This document shows, in pieces, positions 1-7,636 of a DNA stretch of 32,000 nucleotides. The stretch lies in NCBI GenBank assembly GCA_026625185.1, contig CP113000.1, positions 1,485,622-1,517,621 on the forward strand, read 5' to 3'. This DNA is from Thermodesulfobacteriota bacterium (GTDB lineage Bacteria; Desulfobacterota; WTBG01; JAGOGO01). The notes under the pieces were generated by a model that was not told the DNA's origin, made no database searches, and saw only the letters and a program-made list of their open reading frames with translations. The position numbers and the translations under genes are program-made. Position 1 is the first letter of the stretch, and each line of letters opens with the position of its first letter.

Positions 1-2
1 CC

Positions 3-536
3 TGGAGAAGACCTTTGTTTTTCGCTGCTTCAGTAATTGATATCTCCCAACGAAAAAAGGCGGAGGAAGCACTGAAAAAAAGGGAGAAGGAATTGGGGAT
101 TAAGACCAACAATCTTGAGAAAGCAAATAATGCATTGGAAGTCTTGCTGAAAAAAAGAGAGGAAGATAAAAAAAAGCTTGAAGAGGGGGTGTTGTTTAAT
201 ATGAGACGAGTGGTCGAACCCTACTTAGAAAAATTAAAGGACAGTAATTTGGATGAAAAACAAATGCTCTATTTAAACATCCTTGAGAAAAATCTAAATG
301 ATATTCTTTCAGCATTTCCACAAACATTATCTTCCAACCAAATAAAACTTACTCCCGCAGAGCTTGAGGTAGCAAATCTTGTTAAGCAGGGAAGAAGCAC
401 AAAACAGATTGCACTGGCATTGAATATTTCTTACCGAACAGCCGAAGTGCACCGAAAGAATATTAGAAAAAAATTTAATCTTAAGGACAAAAAAATCAAC
501 CTGAGAACCCACCTTTTATCTTCCATTTCTAATTAA
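3..536 (+). CDS. LuxR/GerE-family HTH transcriptional regulator, 5' end outside the window; likely PAS sensor end plus coiled coil upstream of the HTH
   Basis: The frame is open to the window edge. C-terminal 'LTPAELEVANLVKQGRSTKQIALALNISYRTAEVHRKNIRKKF' is a classic LuxR-type HTH. 'VIDISQRKKAEEAL' looks like a PAS C-terminal boundary followed by a K/E-rich coiled coil. Confidence 0.8.
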   Translation, partial: WRRPLFFAASVIDISQRKKAEEALKKREKELGIKTNNLEKANNALEVLLKKREEDKKKLEEGVLFNMRRVVEPYLEKLKDSNLDEKQMLYLNILEKNLNDILSAFPQTLSSNQIKLTPAELEVANLVKQGRSTKQIALALNISYRTAEVHRKNIRKKFNLKDKKINLRTHLLSSISN

Positions 537-734
537 CACGTATTTTTAATACCCGTTAAGTAACCATTAATTTGGTATTGATTTTAGCCCTAACCTCTTT
601 ATAATTCAGAAAATTTTTTTGGTGTCGGTGCGGTTATATGTTTCGAGTAACCCACTTTCGATAAAGCATAATTCTTAAAGACTGGCTTAGAGAGCGCACC
701 AGCAATATTAAACTGACCTCGATTATTGAAAATT

Positions 735-750
735 TGGATACCAATTTGCA
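735..750 (+). promoter_or_regulatory. Candidate sigma-54 (-24/-12) promoter
   Basis: TGGATA-N5-TTGCA has its GG and GC dinucleotides spaced as in the TGGCAC-N5-TTGCW consensus. It lies ~220 nt upstream of the first polysaccharide-locus ORF. This is a motif match only. Confidence 0.3.
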
Positions 751-972
751 CTAACGGGATAAAAGAGGATCGACTTAAAATGTCTTTTTCTTTGGAATTT
801 GGTTACGAATGGTGAATCAAAAACAGCGCCGCGAAGGAGCTATGGGGATATGTTAAACCGTCCTTAGATGATCTTTATGAATAGTAATCAAAAAATAGAT
901 CAGTTTTAAATTTACTTTTTAACAAAAAAATTTGCCGGCGGGATTTTACCTGCAAGCAAAGGAGGAAGGTAA

Positions 973-1383
973 ATGAAAAAGATATTAATAGCCTTATTGG
1001 TATTCACATTTGGTTTCTTTTTACTTGGTGGGTTTCAATACGCTTCTGCATCTTCAATCACCCAGGGTGAATACGCAATCAAGTTAGCTGAAAAATTAGG
1101 GCTGGGAAAAAACCTATCGGCTGATGCTGCTATTGCCGCCTTGACCAAAGTGGAAATAATGCCCGCGAATGGGTTTAAACCAGAGGATTCAATGAACCCG
1201 GTTATTGCTGATGAGATTGCTCAGGCCGCCGGAAAAGCTTGTGCGAAAGGATTACTTGCTCCGTTGTCCTGTAAGGAAGTTGATGCTATTGTTAGTTACT
1301 TAAACGAAGAACTGGAATTAACCCCACCTTCAGCACCAATACCTCCCCCCCCACCAAGGCATCCGGCAAGTCCCGCCTCGTGA
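973..1383 (+). CDS. Secreted hypothetical protein with proline-rich C-terminus
   Basis: SD AAGGAGGAAGG lies just upstream of the ATG. There is an N-terminal signal peptide (hydrophobic core, ASA/SS). The C-terminus reads PPSAPIPPPPPRHPASPAS. Confidence 0.65.
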   Translation: MKKILIALLVFTFGFFLLGGFQYASASSITQGEYAIKLAEKLGLGKNLSADAAIAALTKVEIMPANGFKPEDSMNPVIADEIAQAAGKACAKGLLAPLSCKEVDAIVSYLNEELELTPPSAPIPPPPPRHPASPAS

Positions 1384-1454
1384 TGATAAAGGCCGGAAGT
1401 GTAGGGTTTTCTTTCCCACGGGGTGATTGACTGACAGAACAAGAAGAGGGAATA

Positions 1455-2443
1455 ATGAAGATGGGATTAAAAAAAGATTATAAGCAAGGGAAGAATTTTG
1501 CTTTTGTGTTTGTTTTTCTCCTAATGTTTTGCATGAAGCCTTATCAAGGCGAGGCCAAGCAAATGCCGACCTCGACCGATGTTCAAAAAATGCAAAATCT
1601 TCCGGGTAACATCCATGTGGGCCCGCTTAAAATTCATCCCGGAGTCAGTGTAACCGAGTCCTATTCCAGCAATATATTTAAAGAAGAGGACCATAAGAGG
1701 GGAGCGTGGATCACCACTGCTTCCCTGGGGATTATCCTCCAACTCCCGATCAGACGTCATTTCCTGCAGCTTGACTACCACGCGGATATTATAGAGGCCG
1801 AGCGGTTTCACAAACAATACGATACCGCCAGCCATTTTGTTAATGGAATTCTCAATCTGGATTTTAACCGGCTCACTATTTTGGCAGGAGACAACTGGCA
1901 AAGCAACTCCACTCCTCCGGACAATAAAACGATATCCGCCAGGACTATCTTCAAAACCGGGCTTTTTGCGATGTCAGTTACCGGCTTGCCAACCGGTATA
2001 AGGTAACTGGTTTTTATCGGAACACCTCGCGGCAATTTGATAACTTTCGCAGTCCTTTTTATCCTTCCGTAGATCCCCATTGGGACAACTATATGGAAAA
2101 CGACATGGGAGTGGGTTTGTTTTACCGCTTTTTGCCCGTCACCTCAATGCTCTTCGAATACGGATTTACCCACCGAAACGTAACCGACCGGGGATTGCCC
2201 AACACTGACCGGGATTCCGATTCCCATCGGTACTGGCTGGGGTTGATGTGGGAGCCGACCGCAAAAATCGTAGGCATCATCAAAGGAGGCTATTACAAAA
2301 GAAATTATGATGAACGCGGCAACTCAAAAGACTGGTCCGGATTTGCAATGGAAAGCGACCTGAAATACAAGCTTACCTCCTATGACACCTTTACTCTTAG
2401 AGGATTCAGGACTCCTCTCGAAACAAGCGTAACCGAGGCTCAT
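1455..2443 (+). pseudogene. Outer-membrane beta-barrel protein of the polysaccharide locus, disrupted by a frameshift and 3' truncation
   Basis: ORFs 1455-2006 and 2093-2533 carry a signal peptide and beta-strand-like alternation. The second frame is open back to 1928 (DIRQDYLQNRAFCDVSYRLANRYKVTGFYRN...), so one indel near the A-run at 1926-1929 would join them. Beyond ~2440 the frame only reads antisense through the transposase fragment. Confidence 0.55.
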
Positions 2444-2935
2444 CTACCGGGTTTTGCGCCCGGCAAGAAACCGCCTTCCCAAACCATACCGTTTCTGGGG
2501 CCGTCGCCTTTTCCTCCCCCGCCGCAGGTTTAGATAAAGCTTGCCATTAACCTTCGCATCCTTATAAATCCAGCGATAAATTGTCTCATGGCACACTCGC
2601 ATCGTCTCATCATCAGGATAATTAATCCGCATATAATCGCTTATCTCCTCTGGAGACCATTGCAGATTCAGTTTTGTTTTTACATAATCAACAAGGCGCT
2701 CGTTGCCCTCCCGACGATAATGCCTGGCCTGATGCCGTCGTTTTAGAGCTACCGGATGCGTCCAGTCATACCAATAAACAGTGCAATCATATTCCGGCCC
2801 GTTGCGTTTAAGTTCACGACTGACCGTGCTGTGATCTCGGTTTATCCGGCGGGCAATTTCTCGTTTACTAAATCCAGCCACATTTAAATGGCTGATGACA
2901 TATCGTTCGTTTTCTGTTAAATGTATATATGACAT
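2444..2935 (-). pseudogene. IS30-family transposase, N-terminal fragment only (DDE catalytic domain missing)
   Basis: 'LTENERYVISHLNVAGFSKREIARRINRDHSTVSRELKRN' and the basic 'RRGRKRRRPQKRYG' linker match IS30-type transposase N-termini. The ORF stops at 163 aa, whereas family members are roughly twice that length and carry the catalytic domain downstream. Confidence 0.8.
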
Positions 2936-3050
2936 GGCAGGCTCTTTCTGGTTGCGAGTTGGTCGTTCTTCTCAACATACCAGAATTCCTGTCATGTCGC
3001 ATGCTTTTCTCAAATGGTGCACTTTGAAGTTGATTCTACCTGATTTTAAT
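2444..3050 (-). mobile_element. IS30-family insertion sequence remnant (boundaries approximate)
   Basis: A truncated transposase gene plus ~100 nt of 5' leader sits between two damaged genes. Terminal inverted repeats could not be identified. Confidence 0.4.
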
Positions 3051-3072
3051 CGCCACCCAGCTCGCGCCCTGG

Positions 3073-4458
3073 GTGCGGCTGGGAGAATTCTCTCCGATTT
3101 TTCAGGTCCATACCGGCGCCAGCGTCTTCACCCTCTTGCTGTACCTAACCACGTTTTATATATTTGACCTCTACAACCTCAGGCGCACATTTGCATTAAA
3201 AGACACTCCGTTACGCACTGCTATCGCGGTTACCGTTGCTTTTGTCGGCGCCACCTTGCTTTTTTACTCGTTCCCCAGCTGGAAGTTTGGCCGGGGTATT
3301 CTTCTGATCCAGATGATCCTTGCCTGGACCTTTCTTACCGGCTGGCGGCTTATCTTTTCCTTTATCTTTCACCTCGAGTCGGAAAAGAAAGACGTTCTTG
3401 TTCTCGGGGCCGGACACTGCGGGACAACCTTGTGCCGTTTACTCGCGAGCCCGCTTTCTCCTTTCCGGGTAGTGGGTTTTCTTGACGATGACCCCTTGAA
3501 ACAAGGAAAAGTTGTGGAAAGCGCCACGGTGATCGGCTTTACTCATCAGTTGGGAGCATTTGCCGCTTCTTTGGGAATAAAGACCGCTATCCTGGCGATT
3601 ACTGAAAACCGCCCCGCTTCTCTTATTAAGCAAATATTGGAGTTCCGGTTAAAGGGGATGGATATCCTGGATATGCCCGCGGTGTATGAACAGCTTACCC
3701 GCCGCGTGCCGGTGGAGCATATCCGCGATGAGTGGATCATCTTCGCCACGGGATTCTACCTGATTGCCAAGGATTACCTTCAAAAAATTAAACGACTCAT
3801 TGATTTTGGGGTTTCCGCTTTTCTCATGGCAATAAGTATTCCGATAATGGTTGTGGCGGCCGTGGCCATCCGCTTCGATTCAGCCGGCCCCGTATTTTTT
3901 AAACAGGGGCGGGTGGGAAAAGACGATAAGGTCTTTACCCTCTATAAGTTCCGCTCCATGCGCCTGAATGCTGAAGAAAACGGCGCGGTCTGGGCCGAGG
4001 GAAAAGACCCCCGGATAACTCGGGTCGGAAAATGGATACGGTGGTTAAGAATCGACGAACTACCGCAGCTCATCAATGTGTTTCGCGGAGAAATGAGCCT
4101 CATCGGCCCCCGGCCGGAGCGCCCTGAATTTATAAAGGAACTGGCGGAAAAGATCCCTTTCTATTATCTCCGCCACGCGGTCCGGCCGGGAATTACCGGC
4201 TGGGCCCAGGTAAATTACCGGTACGGAGCTTCGGTTGAGGATGCTCGCTTTAAGCTCGAATACGATCTCTATTATATTAAAAACATGTCCCTTCTGCTTG
4301 ACCTTAAAATCCTCCTCAGGACCATCGGTGTTGTCCTCTTCGGGCAGGGGAGCGAGGTAAAACGCCGTAAGGCGTTAAGCGTGAAACGTAAAGGGTTAAG
4401 GTTTAAATTTAAGATTAAAGCCTCACAAAAAAATGCAATTAGAATTAGGATGTGGTAA
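3073..4458 (+). CDS. Polyprenyl glycosylphosphotransferase (bacterial sugar transferase, EPS-locus type), probably 5'-clipped; last ~33 codons read into a repeat element
   Basis: Catalytic-domain motifs are '[21 protein letters not shown]', '[24 protein letters not shown]' and '[11 protein letters not shown]'. A central '[10 protein letters not shown]' nucleotide-binding-like segment is present. The frame opens only at 3034 next to the IS remnant, and the start is GTG. Confidence 0.85.
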   Translation: MRLGEFSPIFQVHTGASVFTLLLYLTTFYIFDLYNLRRTFALKDTPLRTAIAVTVAFVGATLLFYSFPSWKFGRGILLIQMILAWTFLTGWRLIFSFIFHLESEKKDVLVLGAGHCGTTLCRLLASPLSPFRVVGFLDDDPLKQGKVVESATVIGFTHQLGAFAASLGIKTAILAITENRPASLIKQILEFRLKGMDILDMPAVYEQLTRRVPVEHIRDEWIIFATGFYLIAKDYLQKIKRLIDFGVSAFLMAISIPIMVVAAVAIRFDSAGPVFFKQGRVGKDDKVFTLYKFRSMRLNAEENGAVWAEGKDPRITRVGKWIRWLRIDELPQLINVFRGEMSLIGPRPERPEFIKELAEKIPFYYLRHAVRPGITGWAQVNYRYGASVEDARFKLEYDLYYIKNMSLLLDLKILLRTIGVVLFGQGSEVKRRKALSVKRKGLRFKFKIKASQKNAIRIRMW

Positions 4459-4565
4459 AATGCTGAAAAAGACTAAACTTAATAAAACGGTAAATTTTGA
4501 ATTGCGATTACTAAGGGTTAGAAACTTAAAACTTAAACCTTTAACCTTAACCCTCGAAACTTGAT
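4357..4565 (+). repeat. TTAAGG-rich palindromic intergenic element, copy R1
   Basis: AGGGTTAAGGTT (4392-4403) is the exact inverted complement of AACCTTAACCCT (4543-4554). The right end reads CTTAACCCTCGAAACTTGA. Arms and terminus are shared with R2 and R5. Confidence 0.6.
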
Positions 4566-4577
4566 CCTTTATTTGCT

Positions 4578-6881
4578 ATGAAAATTCTGGCTCAAAATTA
4601 TAAAACCGGCGAGTTGGAAATGCTGGAAGTCCCGATGATGACTTCAATCAAAGGACTTCTGGTTAAAACCGTGGCTTCGCTCGTGTCCGTGGGTACTGAA
4701 AAAGCCATGATCGAGGTAGCCCAAAAAAGCCTTCTCGGAAAAGCGCTTGCCCGGCCGGACTGGGTCAGGCAGGTCATTGACAAGATCAAAACCGAGGGCT
4801 TGATGGAAGCCTGGCACCAGTCTCAGGCCTGGCTCGATACGCCGGTGCCCCTCGGCTATTCCTGCGCCGGGATCGTGACCAACAGCGGCACGGACATCAG
4901 CGCCACCGGGTTTTCTCTGGGAGACCGCGTAGCCTGCAGCGGCAGCGGACACGCCTCCCACGCGGAATTCAATGTGGTCCCCCCTAACCTCTGTGTCAAA
5001 ATACCCGAGAATGTCTCGTTTGAAGATGCCTCGTATGTCGCGCTCGGCGGCATCGCGCTCGAGGCAGTGAGGCTCGCGAAAGTGGAGCTGGGGTACCGGG
5101 TCGGGGTAATCGGCCTGGGGCTTTTGGGCCAGTTGGCGGTCCAGATCCTCCGTGCGGCAGGATGCCATGTGTTTGGGGTTGACGTAGTGCCCGAGCGGTG
5201 CGACCGGGCTTATCGCAACGGAGCGGAGGCCGTGGGCCTGATCGGCAGCACTGATCCCATCACGTTTGCTCAGGAGTTTTCCAACTTCGAGGGACTTGAC
5301 GCGGTCATTATTTTTGCCTCGGTTGACAGTGACCAGCCGCTAATCCAGGCGGCCGGCATGTGCCGGGAACGGGGGAAAATTGTTGCCGGCGGTCTGGTGC
5401 GCTTACACATTCCCCGCGAACTCTTTTACAAAAAAGAGCTTGAATTTGCCGTATCCCGCGCCTGGGGACCGGGCATGTACGACCCGGACTTTGAGGAACG
5501 GGGACTCAAGTATCCTCTGGCTTATGCCCGCTGGACCGCGCAGCGGAACATGGAAGAATTTTTGACCTTGGTTTCCCTCGGATCTGTCAAGCTCAATACG
5601 ATCACCACGCATCGGTTCCCGTTTGAAAAAGCACTCGAAGCCTATCAGATGATTCTGGGTCAGGACATTGACGCGGTGGGGGTGGTATTGCAGTACGACC
5701 CGAACGCTGAAGTCCAAACCCAGAGAATGATGGCGGGGGGGAGTGATGGTGATAGTGTTAGTGGTAGAGGGAAAAATTGGCTGGGTGCTCAAAAAGCCAC
5801 ATTAACTAACATCCACCACCTAATAACCAACACTATCTTTAAAATTAAAACCAACACTAAGACTATCACTGACACTGAAACTGTCCCCGCTCCAATCGGC
5901 ATTGGCCTCATCGGCGCGGGAATGTTTGCCCGGGGAACGATTTTGCCGGAATTGAAAAAAATAAAAGAGGTCGCGTACAGCGGCATTGCCACTGCCAGCG
6001 GCTTAAGCGGCCATCACATCGCGAAAAAGTATAAATTTGACTATGCCACCACTGACTATCACACTCTGCTGGCTGATCCCAACGTGAAACTTGTTTTTAT
6101 TCTCACCCGCCATGACAGCCACGCTCACTTGGTCTGCGAAGCCCTCAAAGCCGGGAAAGCGGTTTTCGTGGAAAAGCCTCTCTGCATCGCCAAAAACCAG
6201 CTTACCGACATTATCGCCGCCTATACCAGTTTCAGCTCATCCTTTCTCATGGTTGGGTTTAACCGCCGGTTTGCTCCGGCGACCAAACAATGCGCCAACT
6301 TTTTGGGACCCAGCCGTGCTTCGAGCGTGGTGCAGATCCGGTGTAACGCGGGATTTATCCCGCCCGAATCATGGGTGCACAAGCGGGATGAAGGCGGGGG
6401 AAGAATTATCGGGGAAGTTTGTCACTTTGTTGATCTGGCCCAGGCCATAACCGGCGGATTGCCCCAGCGGGTTTTTGCTTCTGCGTCTGAATCTCCGCAA
6501 ACCTTGCGGGATAATCTTGTCATCTCACTGAAAATGAGTAATGGGGCGGTTGCCGGCATTACCTACGCATCCAACGGAGACAAATCCTTCCCGCGGGAAG
6601 AAGTCCAGGTCTTTGCCGGCGGCTCGGTCTGCGTGATCGACAATTTTAGAACGATCCGGTTTGTTTCCGCGGGCAAGAAAACCGTTCACCGGGTGCTGAG
6701 GGTTGACCGTGGCCATGGTGATGAACTCCAAAGCACCATTGCCGCTCTTACCCTCAACGAGCCTTCACCGATCGATTTTAAATCACTTGTTGCCGCCACC
6801 CTTGCCACCTTCGCTATCGAGGAATCGCTTTCCACCGGCGAGGCAATCGACATAAATCTGGGAGCATGGGGAATCCATTAA
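4578..6881 (+). CDS. Bi-domain oxidoreductase (N-terminal MDR/zinc-ADH-like domain + C-terminal Gfo/Idh/MocA domain)
   Basis: There are two Rossmann signatures (GVIGLGLLGQLAVQILRAAG and IGIGLIGAGMFARG). 'VFVEKPLC' is the Gfo/Idh/MocA EKP motif. An atypical low-complexity linker spans 5740-5880. Confidence 0.8.
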   Translation: MKILAQNYKTGELEMLEVPMMTSIKGLLVKTVASLVSVGTEKAMIEVAQKSLLGKALARPDWVRQVIDKIKTEGLMEAWHQSQAWLDTPVPLGYSCAGIVTNSGTDISATGFSLGDRVACSGSGHASHAEFNVVPPNLCVKIPENVSFEDASYVALGGIALEAVRLAKVELGYRVGVIGLGLLGQLAVQILRAAGCHVFGVDVVPERCDRAYRNGAEAVGLIGSTDPITFAQEFSNFEGLDAVIIFASVDSDQPLIQAAGMCRERGKIVAGGLVRLHIPRELFYKKELEFAVSRAWGPGMYDPDFEERGLKYPLAYARWTAQRNMEEFLTLVSLGSVKLNTITTHRFPFEKALEAYQMILGQDIDAVGVVLQYDPNAEVQTQRMMAGGSDGDSVSGRGKNWLGAQKATLTNIHHLITNTIFKIKTNTKTITDTETVPAPIGIGLIGAGMFARGTILPELKKIKEVAYSGIATASGLSGHHIAKKYKFDYATTDYHTLLADPNVKLVFILTRHDSHAHLVCEALKAGKAVFVEKPLCIAKNQLTDIIAAYTSFSSSFLMVGFNRRFAPATKQCANFLGPSRASSVVQIRCNAGFIPPESWVHKRDEGGGRIIGEVCHFVDLAQAITGGLPQRVFASASESPQTLRDNLVISLKMSNGAVAGITYASNGDKSFPREEVQVFAGGSVCVIDNFRTIRFVSAGKKTVHRVLRVDRGHGDELQSTIAALTLNEPSPIDFKSLVAATLATFAIEESLSTGEAIDINLGAWGIH

Positions 6882-6883
6882 GC

Positions 6884-6946
6884 ATAATCCTCCTGCGAAC
6901 GATTGACCTGGTCCTCTTTGGCCAAGGCCACGATAAAATTCCGTAA
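6884..6946 (+). pseudogene. Relic of the last ~20 codons of a second sugar-transferase gene
   Basis: It translates to IILLRTIDLVLFGQGHDKIP-stop, paralleling [18 protein letters not shown] at 4306-4360. The nucleotide similarity continues into the following repeat element. Confidence 0.5.
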
Positions 6947-7178
6947 GGCTTAAAACGTGAAGTGTAAGGGGTTAAGATTTAAGGGATAAGAAGCGAGGCC
7001 GACAGCTCGTTGCGGTTCGCTGATAGCCATAAACGATGAACTAAGAACGATGAGCTAAAGGTAAGAGGAACGCAGGAGGAGTGAAGATTTAAGGGTAAAA
7101 AGAAAAAAGGGTTAAGATTCAAAATTTGAACTTAAAACTTTACCCTTAACATTTTAATCTTAACCCTTTAAACTTGAT
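6933..7178 (+). repeat. TTAAGG-rich palindromic intergenic element, copy R2
   Basis: GGGTTAAGATT arms (6977, 7111) face CTTAACCCTTTAAACTTGA at the right end (7159-7177). It is collinear with R1. Confidence 0.6.
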
Positions 7179-7181
7179 GGA

Positions 7182-7206
7182 TGGTGGAGGCGGGGGGAGT
7201 TGAACC
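7182..7206 (-). repeat. Orphan 25-nt copy of the tmRNA 3' end (old att scar)
   Basis: TGGTGGAGGCGGGGGGAGTTGAACC is identical to 24495-24519 and 9946-9970. The sequence diverges immediately afterwards. Confidence 0.75.
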
Positions 7207-7564
7207 TGACCGCCAACCAACTATGATGATTAATCTTTTTAGAATTAAACTTATCGGATTACCACCGAAAATACCCCTATTTCTAATTAAACCCGATATT
7301 AAACCTTACAATTAAAATTTTAACACCCTCAATAGCTGAACTCAAGTCCAATAATATTACCACCACCCCCAAGGCCCCAAGGGCACCCTTCGTTTGAGTT
7401 GTGACTGGACCAATTTTACACAGGTGGGAAATTTAGGCTCTTTTAATAGCCTCCGATTCACTCTCTTTTCTTATTCACCGACAAAAAATGAAATTTGACG
7501 GTTATTGACAACACCTACAGGTCAACGACCTCATATAGCGATAAGACCTAAGCATTACCGTTTA

Positions 7565-7596
7565 AAATGTGCAGAAAGGCAGAGCCATGCCCCGCC
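7565..7596 (-). terminator. Possible intrinsic terminator of the TPR glycosyltransferase gene
   Basis: On the minus strand, GGCGGGGC-AUG-GCUCUGCC (two G-U pairs) is followed by UUUCUGCACAUUUU. It lies ~40 nt after the stop codon. Confidence 0.3.
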
Positions 7597-7636
7597 TTCT
7601 TGTGGTTCATTTCTCTTTACTTCTTGAACCTTCGCT

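Noticed and set aside
2895-3167. 90-aa plus-strand ORF bridging the IS remnant and the transferase start
   Set aside because: It is antisense to the transposase 5' leader, overlaps the transferase frame, and has no RBS or motifs.
4557-4564. The AAACTTGA terminus of repeat copies R1/R2/R5 as a -35 promoter box for the downstream genes
   Set aside because: No acceptable -10 hexamer lies at 16-18 nt spacing in any of the three copies. In R1 the gene start lies only 14 nt downstream.
4598-6731. Several ORFs of 60-175 aa inside the oxidoreductase gene, on the minus strand and in alternative plus-strand frames
   Set aside because: They are typical spurious frames in a GC-rich gene. They have no motifs or RBS and are fully nested in a strongly supported CDS.
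7182-7206. The short GGTTCAACTCC-containing copies (also 9946-9975), considered as tRNA genes
   Set aside because: Only the 3' 25-30 nt (T-arm and acceptor strand) are present. There is no D-arm, anticodon arm or 5' acceptor strand. They are identical to the tmRNA terminus.
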